Part shown: in pieces, positions 50,207 to 60,291 of the stretch
How positions within the stretch are numbered: the stretch's first letter is position 1
Layout: the number at the start of each line of letters is the position of its first letter
Source: an uncultured bacterium
GTDB taxonomy: Bacteria > Fidelibacterota > Marinisomatia > Marinisomatales > UBA1611
Direction of reading: 5' to 3'
NCBI GenBank assembly: GCA_943788175.1
Contig: CALSPG010000003.1
Coordinates: 54,799 to 118,798, forward strand
DNA length: 64,000 bases
Position numbers and translations under genes: made by a program
Notes under the pieces: generated by a model
The model's input: only the letters and a program-made list of their open reading frames with translations
Database searches by the model: none
What the model was told of the DNA's origin: nothing

Positions 50207-50518
50207 ATGTTGATTAAAAAAGGTATGAAAGTCCGCGTTATCAGTGGTGCTCATAAAGGTTCAGAGGGTAAAGTTTTATTTACCTCTCCCAAAAAACAAA
50301 GAATTATCGTTGAAGGTGTTAATTTTATCAAAAAATCAACTAGGCCGTCTCAAGAAAATCCAAATGGTGGATTAGTGGAAAAAGAGGCTGCCCTGCACGT
50401 ATCCAATGTTATGGTTGTTCAAGGGGGTACGGTTTCTAGACTGGGTTATAAATTTTTAGATGATGGTTCTAAAGTTAGGGTCATTAAAAAAACTAATGAA
50501 GAATCTGAGATACAATGA
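50207..50518 (+). CDS. rplX: 50S ribosomal protein L24
   Basis: KOW motif KKGMKVRVISGAHKGSEGKVL. Confidence 0.95.
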   Translation: MLIKKGMKVRVISGAHKGSEGKVLFTSPKKQRIIVEGVNFIKKSTRPSQENPNGGLVEKEAALHVSNVMVVQGGTVSRLGYKFLDDGSKVRVIKKTNEESEIQ

Positions 50519-51141
50519 ATAAGAAAATAGATACTAAGTCAAAAAACAATATTGAAAGCTCTTCTCGTGTTCCAAATATGTTGAATCTTTATAGGACTCA
50601 AGTTATTTCTAGCATGGTTACTAGATTTAATTACAAAAATTCAATGCAGGTTCCAAAAATACGTTCAATTTCTTTGAACATGGGTATAGGTGATGCAAAA
50701 GCCAACAGTAAAAAACTCGATAGTGCGATTAAGGAAATGGGTCTTATTACTGGACAGAAACCATTAGTAACAAAATCAAAATCTGATATTTCTAATTTTA
50801 AAATTAGAAAAGGTTATCCCGTCGGTTGTAAAGTAACCTTGAGATCTACCAAAATGTATGAATTTTTCGAACGTTTAACCTGTGTCGCTCTTCCAAGGAG
50901 TAGAGATTTTCGTGGTCTGTCATTTAAATCATTTGATGGGCGTGGCAACTACAACTTTGGGATAAAAGAGCAGATCGTGTTTGCAGAAATTAATTATGAT
51001 GATATTGATTCTGTTCGTGGCCTTAATGTTACAATAAGTACTTCGGCTAAAACTGATGACGAGGCATATTGGCTTTTAAAAGAATTTGGTTTTCCTCTAA
51101 GAGAAAAACCCACAACAAAAACAATTGATGAGGCTGCGTAA
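50515..51141 (+). CDS. rplE: 50S ribosomal protein L5
   Basis: [12 protein letters not shown]...GITGQKP...[11 protein letters not shown]. The start at 50515 (ATGA overlap with rplX) implies a 21-aa N-terminal extension; the alternative ATG at 50578 would leave a 59-nt gap. Confidence 0.9.
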   Translation: MNKKIDTKSKNNIESSSRVPNMLNLYRTQVISSMVTRFNYKNSMQVPKIRSISLNMGIGDAKANSKKLDSAIKEMGLITGQKPLVTKSKSDISNFKIRKGYPVGCKVTLRSTKMYEFFERLTCVALPRSRDFRGLSFKSFDGRGNYNFGIKEQIVFAEINYDDIDSVRGLNVTISTSAKTDDEAYWLLKEFGFPLREKPTTKTIDEAA

Positions 51142-51446
51142 TGGCAAAAAAATCTAAAGTAGTACGTGAGAAAAAATTAATTAAGAATGTTGAAAAATAT
51201 GCAACTGTTAGAGCAGAATTAAAAGCAGTAATTAAAAATTCAGATACTTCCTATGAGGATAGAGAAGCTGCAGTAGCAAAATTAGATAATTTGCCAAAGA
51301 CTTCAAGCCGAATTAGGATTAGAAATAGATGTTTTAAAACTGGCAGGCCAAGAGGTGTTATTAGAAGATTTAAATTATCTAGGCTTTGTTTTAGAGAAAT
51401 GGCTTTAAAGGGTGAAATTCCTGGTGTAACAAAAGCAAGTTGGTAA
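51141..51446 (+). CDS. rpsN: 30S ribosomal protein S14 (long form)
   Basis: [41 protein letters not shown]; 101 aa. Confidence 0.96.
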   Translation: MAKKSKVVREKKLIKNVEKYATVRAELKAVIKNSDTSYEDREAAVAKLDNLPKTSSRIRIRNRCFKTGRPRGVIRRFKLSRLCFREMALKGEIPGVTKASW

Positions 51447-51458
51447 GGAAATAATAAA

Positions 51459-51857
51459 ATGACCATGACAGATCCGATAGCAGATTTTTTAACAAGAATA
51501 AGAAATGCTTTTAGAACAGATAAGCGTTGGGTAGATATACCTTCCTCAAATATGAAAAAAAGAATGGCTTATATTTTGAAAGAAGAAAAATACATTAAAG
51601 ATTTCTTCTTTATTAATGACGGCAATTTTCAAACTATTAGAATTTTTCTTAAATATGACTTCAACGGTGGTTCAGTCATCGAAAGTATTCAAAGGCGTAG
51701 TAGGCCTGGACAGCGTATTTATGTTGGAAGTGGTGAAGTTCCGAGAGTATTAGATGGGTTAGGGATTTCTATCCTTTCTACTTCGAAAGGTGTTATCAGT
51801 AACAAAACTGCATCTAAGTTAGGTGTTGGCGGTGAATTGCTCTGTGAGGTATTTTAG
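51459..51857 (+). CDS. rpsH: 30S ribosomal protein S8
   Basis: MTMTDPIADFLTRIRNA...GGELLCEVF. Confidence 0.97.
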   Translation: MTMTDPIADFLTRIRNAFRTDKRWVDIPSSNMKKRMAYILKEEKYIKDFFFINDGNFQTIRIFLKYDFNGGSVIESIQRRSRPGQRIYVGSGEVPRVLDGLGISILSTSKGVISNKTASKLGVGGELLCEVF

Positions 51858-51858
51858 G

Positions 51859-52395
51859 ATGTCTAGAATAGGAAATAACCCGATAAGTATTCCAGATGGT
51901 ATTAATGTCAAAGTTGAAAATAAAAAAATTGAAGTTTCTGGTAAAAAGGGTTCTCAAATAGTAGTTATTCATGAGAATATTAAAGTAGTTAATGAAGACA
52001 ATACTTTAACATTTTCTCGAATTGATGATAGTGCGGTTAGTAGATCTATGCATGGTACGACAAGGCAAATTGTTAATAATATGATTGTAGGTATTTCGGA
52101 AGGTTTTAGAAAAGATCTTGAAATTGTTGGTGTTGGTTACCAAGCTTCTATTCAAGGTTCTAGGTTGAAGCTTCAATTAGGGTATTCCCATGATATTTTC
52201 TTTGATCTGCCAGATGGTGTTAATATTTCTGCAGAAAGAACTTCTATATCTATTGAAGGTAGTAATAAGCAACTTGTAGGTTCTGTTGCTTCAAAAATAA
52301 GATCTTTTAGAAAACCAGAGCCATATAAAGGTAAAGGTATTCGATATAAAGGCGAAAATATTAGGATTAAGCAAGGTAAAACGGTTGGTGAATAA
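51859..52395 (+). CDS. rplF: 50S ribosomal protein L6
   Basis: The ATG at 51859 gives MSRIGNNPISIPDGI; also ...EPYKGKGIRYKGE. Confidence 0.96.
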   Translation: MSRIGNNPISIPDGINVKVENKKIEVSGKKGSQIVVIHENIKVVNEDNTLTFSRIDDSAVSRSMHGTTRQIVNNMIVGISEGFRKDLEIVGVGYQASIQGSRLKLQLGYSHDIFFDLPDGVNISAERTSISIEGSNKQLVGSVASKIRSFRKPEPYKGKGIRYKGENIRIKQGKTVGE

Positions 52396-52766
52396 TGGGA
52401 ATTTTAAACAATAATATAAAAAGAAAAAGTCGCAGAAGAAATAGAAGTAAGTCTACATCAATGTTTCATTCTAAGTATCCTCGACTTGTTATATATCGAA
52501 GTAATAAACATTTCGAAGGTCAGATTATCAACGATTTTGAGTCAAATACTTTAGCTTCTTCTTCTTCGAAAGATAGTAGCTTGAAGAAAGAAATTAAAAG
52601 CTCTAAAAGTAAAACTGACGTTTCCATTATAGTTGGAAAAACTATTGCTGAAAAAGCTATCAAGAAAAAAATCAAAAACGTAGTTTTTGATAGAAATGGT
52701 TATCCTTTTCACGGTCGCGTCAAAGCATTTGCTGATGCTGCACGTGAAGCTGGATTAGAATTTTAA
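52395..52766 (+). CDS. rplR: 50S ribosomal protein L18
   Basis: PRLVIYRSNKHFEGQII...DRNGYPFHGRVKAFADAAREAGLEF. Confidence 0.96.
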   Translation: MGILNNNIKRKSRRRNRSKSTSMFHSKYPRLVIYRSNKHFEGQIINDFESNTLASSSSKDSSLKKEIKSSKSKTDVSIIVGKTIAEKAIKKKIKNVVFDRNGYPFHGRVKAFADAAREAGLEF

Positions 52767-52777
52767 AGGAGTCGAAA

Positions 52778-53281
52778 TTGACAACAATCAACCCATCTGA
52801 ATTAGATTTATTAGAAGAATCTGTTATAAAGATTAATAGGACTGCGAAAGTTACCTCTAGGGGCAAAAGATTTAGATTTTCAGCTCTTGTCGCTGTGGGA
52901 GATGGTAAAGGACATATTGGTATTGGTCTAGGTAAGGCAAATGAAGTTATTGTTTGTATTCAAAAAGGAAAGGAAATTGCGAAGAGGAATCTCTTTAAAA
53001 TACCAATAATAAATGGTACGATTCCTCATAAAATCATTGGTAAACATGGTGCGAGCAGGGTAATGTTAAAACCTGCTGCTCCGGGAACTGGTATTATTGC
53101 CGGAGGTCCGGTAAGGTTTGTTATGGAGCAAGTTGGGATTCATAATATATTAACGAAAAGATATGGTTCAAAAAATGCTATGAATCTTGTTTTTGCAACA
53201 CTAGATGGCTTACTGAATCTTAAAGATGCGGTTGCTATAGCGAATAAAAGGCAGATAACTATTAGAGAGGTTTTTAATTAA
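52778..53281 (+). CDS. rpsE: 30S ribosomal protein S5
   Basis: [39 protein letters not shown]; TTG start. Confidence 0.96.
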   Translation: MTTINPSELDLLEESVIKINRTAKVTSRGKRFRFSALVAVGDGKGHIGIGLGKANEVIVCIQKGKEIAKRNLFKIPIINGTIPHKIIGKHGASRVMLKPAAPGTGIIAGGPVRFVMEQVGIHNILTKRYGSKNAMNLVFATLDGLLNLKDAVAIANKRQITIREVFN

Positions 53282-53285
53282 AGCT

Positions 53286-53465
53286 ATGTTAGAAATCACA
53301 TTAGTAAAAAGTACTATTGGTTACAAGCCCAAAGCGAAGCTTACTGTTGCCGCTCTTGGTTTAAAAAAGCTCAATCAATGTGTTGTGAAATCTGATACTC
53401 CCCAGATTAGAGGTATGATTAATAAAGTTAATTACCTTTTAAAAGTTACAGAGGTGAAGAAATGA
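53286..53465 (+). CDS. rpmD: 50S ribosomal protein L30
   Basis: A 59-aa ORF not in the supplied track: [59 protein letters not shown]. It lies between rpsE and rplO, and its stop overlaps the rplO ATG. Confidence 0.88.
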   Translation: MLEITLVKSTIGYKPKAKLTVAALGLKKLNQCVVKSDTPQIRGMINKVNYLLKVTEVKK

Positions 53466-53903
53466 ATTTAGAATCATTAGTTCCTATTAAAGGTTCAACA
53501 TCTAAAAGAAAAAGAATTGGAAGGGGTCATGGTTCTGGTCTAGGTAAAACTGCAGGGCGAGGACACAAGGGCGCTGGGCAACGTTCGGGTAATAAAAAAA
53601 GAGCATGGTTTGAAGGTGGTCAAATGCCTCTGGCTAGGAGATTACCTAGAAGAGGTTTTACAAATATTTTTAAGAGAAAAATATCAGGTCGTTAATATCG
53701 GTGATTTAAATGAGATTAAATCTAGCGTTCATGTTGATCCTTCTTATCTTGAAGATAACGGTCACATAAGATCTTCACTTAAACCTGTTAAAATATTAGG
53801 TAATGGCGAAATTGGTAAAAAAATTAAATTTAGTGCTTCTGCTTTTAGTGCTTCTGCGCAAGAAAAAATTGAAAAAGCTGGTGGAGAAATAATCATTTTA
53901 TGA
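53462..53903 (+). pseudogene. rplO: 50S ribosomal protein L15, interrupted as sequenced by an apparent +1 frameshift in an A5 run (probably intact in vivo)
   Basis: ORF 53462..53695 carries the L15 N-terminal half ([18 protein letters not shown]...[12 protein letters not shown]). ORF 53610..53903 carries the C-terminal half (YQVVNIGDL...KILGNGE...AQEKIEKAGGEIIIL). Removing one A from 53677-53681 gives [17 protein letters not shown]. Confidence 0.9.
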
Positions 53904-55213
53904 TTGACAAAATTAGAACAATTTTTAGTATTCCTGAATTGAGGGCTAAGATTTTGTACACACTGGCAATTTTAATTGTTGTTAGAATTGGTGCTCATAT
54001 ACCGATACCTGGTGTTGATGCTAATGCTCTAGCTGGTGCCTTTGATAGATTGCAAGATACGTTGTTTGGTTTATTTAATATGTTTGTTGGTGGTGCTTTT
54101 GAAAAAGCTTCTCTTTTTTCTCTTGGTATTATGCCGTATATATCATCTTCTATTATTATTCAGCTCATGGGCTCTGTTCTTCCTTATTTTCAGCGATTAC
54201 AAAAAGAGGGTGAAGCTGGTAGAAAAAAAATCACTCAAATCACTCGTTATGGAACAGTGCTGATTGCTACAATGCAATCTTATGGGGTCACAGTCTTTCT
54301 TGAAAAAGAACTTCAAGTGGTAATTAATCCTGGCGCTCTTTTTGTTTTTACGGCTGTAGTTAGTATGGTTACAGGGACAATTTTGCTCATGTGGATGGGT
54401 GAAAAAGTTACTGAGCGTGGTATTGGAAATGGTATATCCTTGATAATCATGGTCGGTATAATATCACGTCTTCCTTTTGTTGTTGGTAATGAGATTAGAG
54501 CAGTTCTAGCAGGTGAAAAACTTTTTATTTCAGAATTAGTTCTGATGGGTATCATGTTCCTTGTTATTTGTTTTGTTGTACTATTAACTCAAGGAACCAG
54601 AAAAATTCCAGTTCAATACGCGAAGCGTGTTGTTGGACGTAAAGTTTATGGTGGTCAAAATACTCATATTCCACTAAAAGTGAATACAGCGGGTGTAATG
54701 CCTATTATTTTTGCTCAATCAATCATGTTTATACCAAGTACTGTATCAACTTTCTTTTCTGATAGTGAGTTTTCTGCAAGTATTATGAGATGGTTTTCAT
54801 TTGAGCACCCAGTTTACTGGGTAGTTTTTGGTTTGATGATAGTTTTCTTCACCTATTTTTATACTGCAATTGCTTTTGACCCTATTCAGGTTAGTTCTCA
54901 AATGAAACAGCAAGGTGGATTTATCCCTGGTGTAAGACCAGGTAAAAAAACATCAGAATACATAGATAATATTCTATCAAAGGTGACTTTCCCTGGATCG
55001 GTGGCTCTGGCTGTAGTTGCAATATTTCCATACATACTTATGCAGGCAATGGATGTCGAGTATGATTTGGCTTCTTTTTTTGGCGGAACTAGTTTATTAA
55101 TTATTGTAGGCGTTGCTCTTGATACTCTTCAACAGCTTGAATCTCATTTAATGATGCGTCATTATGATGGTTTTCTTACAAAAGGTAAGATACGTGGGCG
55201 GAGGAGAATGTAA
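53900..55213 (+). CDS. secY: preprotein translocase subunit SecY
   Basis: 10-TM pattern; LFSLGIMPYISSSIIIQL and GNGISLIIMVGI motifs; 437 aa. Confidence 0.97.
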   Translation: MIDKIRTIFSIPELRAKILYTLAILIVVRIGAHIPIPGVDANALAGAFDRLQDTLFGLFNMFVGGAFEKASLFSLGIMPYISSSIIIQLMGSVLPYFQRLQKEGEAGRKKITQITRYGTVLIATMQSYGVTVFLEKELQVVINPGALFVFTAVVSMVTGTILLMWMGEKVTERGIGNGISLIIMVGIISRLPFVVGNEIRAVLAGEKLFISELVLMGIMFLVICFVVLLTQGTRKIPVQYAKRVVGRKVYGGQNTHIPLKVNTAGVMPIIFAQSIMFIPSTVSTFFSDSEFSASIMRWFSFEHPVYWVVFGLMIVFFTYFYTAIAFDPIQVSSQMKQQGGFIPGVRPGKKTSEYIDNILSKVTFPGSVALAVVAIFPYILMQAMDVEYDLASFFGGTSLLIIVGVALDTLQQLESHLMMRHYDGFLTKGKIRGRRRM

Positions 55214-55962
55214 TGGTATACACGCGTTCAAACAATGAAATCGAGATGATTTCTAAAAGCTGTCAAATTGTAGCAAATACACTTGAAATGATTTCTGAAT
55301 TTGTTGTCCCTGGTGCCTTACTATCTGATTTAGATAAAAAAGCAGAAAACTTTATTGTTTCAGCTGGTGCTCGGCCTGCTTTTAAAGGCTATATGGGGTT
55401 TCCCTCTACTTTGTGTATATCAATTGAAGATGCTGTTGTGCACGGTATTCCTCATGATATTGAACTTGAAGAAGGTCAAATAGTGGGTATCGATTGCGGT
55501 GCGGAATTGAATGGCTATTATGGAGATCATGCTAAAACTTTTGCTGTCGGCAATATTAGCGCTGAAAAAGAGAAATTAATGATGATTACTGAAGAATCAT
55601 TAAACAAGGGTATTGAAATGGCTATTCCTGGAAATTGTGTTGGCGATATTGGTCATGCTGTACAAACACATGCAGAATCTAATGGGTATTCAGTGGTTAG
55701 AGAGTTAGTTGGTCATGGCATTGGTCAAAATTTACATGAAGAGCCTCAGGTTCCAAATTACGGTCGACCAAAAGAGGGCTATAAATTACACGCTGGAATG
55801 TGTATTGCAATAGAGCCGATGATTAATCTTGGAAAAAAAGAAGTATATACATCTGAAGATGGGTGGACTATTTTAACAGTTGATGGAAAAGCTTCTGCTC
55901 ATTTTGAGCATACAATCGCTATTATGGAAGATGGTCCTAGAATTTTAAGCACGACAAGGTAA
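55213..55962 (+). CDS. map: type I methionine aminopeptidase
   Basis: [22 protein letters not shown] and AIEPM...EHT metal-ligand contexts. It directly follows secY, with no adk. Confidence 0.95.
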   Translation: MVYTRSNNEIEMISKSCQIVANTLEMISEFVVPGALLSDLDKKAENFIVSAGARPAFKGYMGFPSTLCISIEDAVVHGIPHDIELEEGQIVGIDCGAELNGYYGDHAKTFAVGNISAEKEKLMMITEESLNKGIEMAIPGNCVGDIGHAVQTHAESNGYSVVRELVGHGIGQNLHEEPQVPNYGRPKEGYKLHAGMCIAIEPMINLGKKEVYTSEDGWTILTVDGKASAHFEHTIAIMEDGPRILSTTR

Positions 55963-55964
55963 AA

Positions 55965-56192
55965 ATGGCTAAAGAAAAACCAATAACTATTGATGGTACG
56001 ATTAAAGAAACTTTGCCCAATGCAATGTTTCGTGTTGAGGTAGAAATCGGAGGCGACAGTCATATTGTTTTAGCTCATGTAAGTGGAAAAATGAGGATGC
56101 ATTTTATTAAAATATTACCTGGTGATATAGTGACTCTTGAAATGAGTCCTTATGATTTAAATAGAGCCAGAATAGTATATAGGAAAAAATAA
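55965..56192 (+). CDS. infA: translation initiation factor IF-1
   Basis: [25 protein letters not shown]...[17 protein letters not shown]. Confidence 0.97.
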   Translation: MAKEKPITIDGTIKETLPNAMFRVEVEIGGDSHIVLAHVSGKMRMHFIKILPGDIVTLEMSPYDLNRARIVYRKK

Positions 56193-56195
56193 TTT

Positions 56196-56309
56196 ATGAA
56201 AGTTAGAGCTTCGGTAAGAAAAATGTGTGCTAAATGTAAAGTGGTGAAGCGTAAAGGAAAACTGCTTGTCATTTGCGAAATTCCTAAGCATAAACAAAGG
56301 CAAGGATAA
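56196..56309 (+). CDS. rpmJ: 50S ribosomal protein L36
   Basis: A 37-aa ORF too short for the supplied track: [37 protein letters not shown]. Confidence 0.92.
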   Translation: MKVRASVRKMCAKCKVVKRKGKLLVICEIPKHKQRQG

Positions 56310-56313
56310 TAGA

Positions 56314-56691
56314 ATGGCTAGAATAGTTGGTGTAGATATACCTAGAAATAAAAAAATTGCTTTTTCTCTGTGCTATATTCACGGCATTGGGTTATCAACA
56401 GCTTTGAAAATATGCGAGAAAGCTAAAGTAGATACAGCAAAAAGGGTTCAAGAATTAACTGAAAAGCAAGTCAGTAAGATTCGTGAGATTATCAGTTCCT
56501 TAGAAATCAATGTTGAAGGTGAACTTAGATCTTTTAATGCAATGAATATCAAGCGCCTTAAAGATGTAGGTGCCTATAAAGGCATAAGACATAGAAGAGG
56601 TTTACCTGCTAATGGTCAAAGAACGAAGACCAATTCAAGGACAAGAAAAGGTAAAAAACGAACAATTGGTTTAGGTAAAAAAGCTATTTAA
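56314..56691 (+). CDS. rpsM: 30S ribosomal protein S13
   Basis: The ATG at 56314 gives [14 protein letters not shown]; also ...[18 protein letters not shown]. Confidence 0.97.
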   Translation: MARIVGVDIPRNKKIAFSLCYIHGIGLSTALKICEKAKVDTAKRVQELTEKQVSKIREIISSLEINVEGELRSFNAMNIKRLKDVGAYKGIRHRRGLPANGQRTKTNSRTRKGKKRTIGLGKKAI

Positions 56692-56711
56692 TTAAAAATT
56701 GAGGTAAAGTT

Positions 56712-57095
56712 TTGGCTGAAAGCAAACAGAAAAAAAAGAAAAAAGTCGTTGATCCAAATGCCATCGCGCATATTAAATCAACTTTCAATAATACACACGT
56801 TACGATATCTGATAAATTTGGAAACGTTCTCATATGGCAAAAGGCGGGTTCATCTGGTTTTAGAGGTTCTAGAAAAAGCACAGCATATGCTGCTACTCTT
56901 ACAGCTCAAAAGGTAGCTGAGACTGCTCTTTCTATGGGCATTGTTAGTATATCTGTTGAGGTTAAAGGGCCTGGGGCCGGTCGAGAATCTGCAATAAGAG
57001 CATTAGCAGTCTCTGGTTTACAAATAACATCCATCAAAGATGTTACTCCGCTACCCCATAATGGTTGTCGTCCGCCAAAGAGAAGACGTGTATAA
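56712..57095 (+). CDS. rpsK: 30S ribosomal protein S11
   Basis: [16 protein letters not shown]...[13 protein letters not shown]...[21 protein letters not shown] start after a GAGGT RBS. Confidence 0.96.
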   Translation: MAESKQKKKKKVVDPNAIAHIKSTFNNTHVTISDKFGNVLIWQKAGSSGFRGSRKSTAYAATLTAQKVAETALSMGIVSISVEVKGPGAGRESAIRALAVSGLQITSIKDVTPLPHNGCRPPKRRRV

Positions 57096-57120
57096 CAAAA
57101 AATAAACGAGAATATTTAAT

Positions 57121-57738
57121 ATGGCAAAAACAAATCAGGCTAGAGGGAAATTGGTTCGAAAATTCGGCGAGAATATCTTTGGCAATCCAAAATATGATAG
57201 GTTGTTAAACCGTAAACCTTATGGCCCCGGTCAGCATGCTCAAACTAGAAGAGGAAAAATATCTAACTATGGGACCCAGCTAAAGGAAAAGCAAAAAATA
57301 AAATTCATGTATGGTTTGTTAGAAAAACAATTTAAAATTACTTTTAAAAAAGCTGAAAAACTTAAAGGAGAAACCGGTACTAATATGCTGCAACTCCTTG
57401 AGAGTAGATTGGATAATGTGGTTTTCAGGCTCGGTTTTGCTCCAACGAGGCCGGCTGCTAGACAGTTAGTAAATCACAAGCATTTTTTAGTGAACAATAT
57501 TGCAGTTAATATACCTTCCTATGTGCTTAAAATTGGAGATAAAATATCTGTTCGCAACAAAAGTAAGAAGATGGATATAATTCTGAATTCAATTAGAACC
57601 ATTAAAGGCGATATAGATCTAGCTTGGCTTGATCTAGATAAAGCTAAAATGACTGGAACTTTTTTAAGTGTTCCAGAAAGAGATCAAATGAATTTGACAG
57701 TTAATGAGCAGCTAGTTGTTGAACTGTACTCAAAATAA
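57121..57738 (+). CDS. rpsD: 30S ribosomal protein S4
   Basis: S4 domain LESRLDNVVFRLGFAPTRPAARQLVNHKHFLVN. Confidence 0.96.
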   Translation: MAKTNQARGKLVRKFGENIFGNPKYDRLLNRKPYGPGQHAQTRRGKISNYGTQLKEKQKIKFMYGLLEKQFKITFKKAEKLKGETGTNMLQLLESRLDNVVFRLGFAPTRPAARQLVNHKHFLVNNIAVNIPSYVLKIGDKISVRNKSKKMDIILNSIRTIKGDIDLAWLDLDKAKMTGTFLSVPERDQMNLTVNEQLVVELYSK

Positions 57739-57768
57739 ATTAAGATAATAAAAAAGGATAAATTTTCA

Positions 57769-58740
57769 ATGGATAAATCATTTAATTTAATAGTTCAAAC
57801 TGATGAAAAGTCTTTATCAAAAACGGATGGTCAATTTACAATTGAACCGCTAAGTAGGGGTTACGGTATTACATTAGGTAATGCTATGAGAAGAGTTTTG
57901 CTTACTAGTATACCTGGTGCGGCTATTACTCATCTGCAAATCGAAGGTGTCGATCACGAATTTTCTACTCTTAAAGGTGTTAAGGATGATGTTGCTGACA
58001 TCATAATGAATTTAAAGAAAGTTAGATTTAAGTTAATGGATAATAATCCTGACAAAATAAACCTTACTTTTAAGGGTAAAAGTATTGTAACTGCAAAAGA
58101 TTTACAAAATGCTAGCAACCAATTTAAAATTTTAAATCCAAAACAGTATATTACTGAAGTAAACTCAAGTGGTAAACTTGAGATGGAGATTAGAATTGGT
58201 ATTGGTATGGGTTATGTGCCCTCTGAGGAAAACGATTTACCTAATTTGCCGCTTGGAACTCTATCCATTGATAGTATATTTAATCCTGTTACAAAAGTTA
58301 CTTATGACGTTAAACCTGTTCCAGGTGCAAAAGAACCTATTGAGATTTTGACTATGAATGTACAAACAGATGGTTCAATTTCGCCTAAGGATGCTATTAG
58401 CTACTCTGCTACATACATAAGAGAACATTTAAAATTCGTTGAAGCAATTGCAAATCCGGAAATTTTAGAAATTTCAAAAGGTGTTTCTGATGAAACATTA
58501 GCATTACGTAATCTATTAAATCAGGCAATTGATGAAATGGAGTTATCAGTTAGAAGTTTTAATTGTTTGCAGGCAGCTGGTATCAAATATATTCATGAAT
58601 TAGTGAGTAAGGAAGAAAACCAAATGTTGAAATATAAAAACTTCGGAAGGAAATCCCTTACTGAGTTAGTTGATAAACTCAGTTCGATGGGGCTTCATTT
58701 TGGTATGGATATAAGCAAAATTATGGCAGAAGAGGGTTAA
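57769..58740 (+). CDS. rpoA: DNA-directed RNA polymerase subunit alpha
   Basis: GYGITLGNAMRRVLLTSIPGAA and C-terminal-domain ELSVRSFNCLQAAGIKYIHELV. Confidence 0.97.
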   Translation: MDKSFNLIVQTDEKSLSKTDGQFTIEPLSRGYGITLGNAMRRVLLTSIPGAAITHLQIEGVDHEFSTLKGVKDDVADIIMNLKKVRFKLMDNNPDKINLTFKGKSIVTAKDLQNASNQFKILNPKQYITEVNSSGKLEMEIRIGIGMGYVPSEENDLPNLPLGTLSIDSIFNPVTKVTYDVKPVPGAKEPIEILTMNVQTDGSISPKDAISYSATYIREHLKFVEAIANPEILEISKGVSDETLALRNLLNQAIDEMELSVRSFNCLQAAGIKYIHELVSKEENQMLKYKNFGRKSLTELVDKLSSMGLHFGMDISKIMAEEG

Positions 58741-58744
58741 TCAA

Positions 58745-59149
58745 ATGCGCCACAAGAAAAAAGGACGCAAATTAGGCAGGAAGGTTGGTAATCGCAGGGC
58801 ATTACTAATGAATTTAGCATGCCAGTTGATAGTTCATAAAAAAATTAAAACTACAGATCCAAAGGCAAAAGAACTTAGATCATATATTGAGCCTTTAATT
58901 ACTTTAGCAAAAAAAAATAGTCTTCATTCAAGAAGGTTAGTAATAAAGAAGATTCCTAAAAAGAATATTGTACGAATTCTTTTCGAAGAAATTGCACCGA
59001 TATTTTCTGATAGACCTGGTGGGTACACTCGGATTACTAAACTTGGTTATCGGGATAATGATAGAGCACCTGTATCGGTCATAGAATTCGTTGAATCATT
59101 CGAAACTGTGGCAGTTGAAAATTTATCTTCTGAAAAATCTGAAAAGTAA
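58745..59149 (+). CDS. rplQ: 50S ribosomal protein L17
   Basis: MRHKKKGRKLGR...GGYTRITKLGYRDNDRAPV. Confidence 0.96.
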   Translation: MRHKKKGRKLGRKVGNRRALLMNLACQLIVHKKIKTTDPKAKELRSYIEPLITLAKKNSLHSRRLVIKKIPKKNIVRILFEEIAPIFSDRPGGYTRITKLGYRDNDRAPVSVIEFVESFETVAVENLSSEKSEK

Positions 59150-59176
59150 ATTTTAAAGATAGCTTATCGTTTTCTT

Positions 59177-60283
59177 TTGCGTCAAAAGTATCTTCTTCTT
59201 TTTTTTTTAAATTGCATTCTCATATCTTCAGATAACAGTCCCTCTGTAAAAGCACTTTGGGTAGTGCGAGATCATATGGTTAGTAAGGACCTAATTGATA
59301 ACGTACTAGATTTTGCTGAAACTAATGGTTTCAATCATATTTTTGCGCAAGTAAGAGGACGAGGTGATGCTTATTATAATTCAAGTTTTGTTCCAAAATC
59401 ACACCTTGTTGATGCTGATTTTGATCCGTTAGAATATTTAATAACTTCTAACAAAAGTAGTAGTATTAAAATTCATGCATGGATCAATATTTATTATTTA
59501 TGGTCTTCAAAAACATTACCTAAACAAAAAAAGCATCTTTTACTCAAAAATCCTGAATGGTTAGATAGATCTAATAAAGATAAATATATAAAAACCGCTC
59601 AATATCTTAGTGATAAAAACTCTATGAAAATAGATGGAGAAGGTTTCTATTTAGCACCTACAAATTCATCTGTTAAAGATTATTTGTTAAATGTTATATC
59701 TGAATTATCTGAAAAATACTTACTTGATGGAATTCATTATGACTATATAAGATTTCATAATACAAAATATGGATTTAATGAAACAGGATTAACTGAGTAT
59801 AGGGCATTAAATAAAATAAATGCTATTAATTATGGTGAAGATGATAGTGTTATTTTTTCTGAATTTAAGAGAAGTTCGATAACTAGGTTTGTTAAAGAAG
59901 CCAAAGAATTAATAAAGCAAAATTTGCCAAATTCAATTATTTCCGCTGCTGTAAAGCCTAATATTTATGATGCTAAATTACTATTCTTTCAAGAATGGGA
60001 TTTATGGCTATCTGCTGGTTATTTAGATTGGGCTGTCCCCATGAATTATGTAGTGGATAATGATAAATTCGTTCAAAATATGTATATGGTGAAAGATAAC
60101 ATTCCTTCTCAATATCATAAAAAAATCATTGTTGGTATTTCTACATATAATCAAAGCGCTAGAATAGTTGGAAAAAAAATAAAAAGGTTAAGGAATATGA
60201 GGTTTAATAATATATCTATATTCTCCTATAATGTTTTTGTCGATAATCCTTACTATTGGAAAAAATTAAAAAAATATTTTTAA
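59177..60283 (+). CDS. glycoside-hydrolase-like family 10 (GHL10/DUF187, YddW/DigH-like) protein
   Basis: Signal peptide, then [29 protein letters not shown] and [11 protein letters not shown] motifs typical of the family as I remember it. TTG start. Confidence 0.65.
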   Translation: MRQKYLLLFFLNCILISSDNSPSVKALWVVRDHMVSKDLIDNVLDFAETNGFNHIFAQVRGRGDAYYNSSFVPKSHLVDADFDPLEYLITSNKSSSIKIHAWINIYYLWSSKTLPKQKKHLLLKNPEWLDRSNKDKYIKTAQYLSDKNSMKIDGEGFYLAPTNSSVKDYLLNVISELSEKYLLDGIHYDYIRFHNTKYGFNETGLTEYRALNKINAINYGEDDSVIFSEFKRSSITRFVKEAKELIKQNLPNSIISAAVKPNIYDAKLLFFQEWDLWLSAGYLDWAVPMNYVVDNDKFVQNMYMVKDNIPSQYHKKIIVGISTYNQSARIVGKKIKRLRNMRFNNISIFSYNVFVDNPYYWKKLKKYF

Positions 60284-60291
60284 TAAAAACT

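Noticed and set aside
53677-53681. Programmed ribosomal frameshifting or transcriptional slippage as the explanation for the rplO and batD (16774-16778) frame breaks
   Set aside because: The A5 runs are short. I see no slippery heptamer with a downstream structure or an internal SD stimulator as in prfB- or dnaX-type sites. Known slippage rescue involves much longer poly(A) tracts. Homopolymer miscalls are the simpler explanation, so this is kept only as a check inside the findings.
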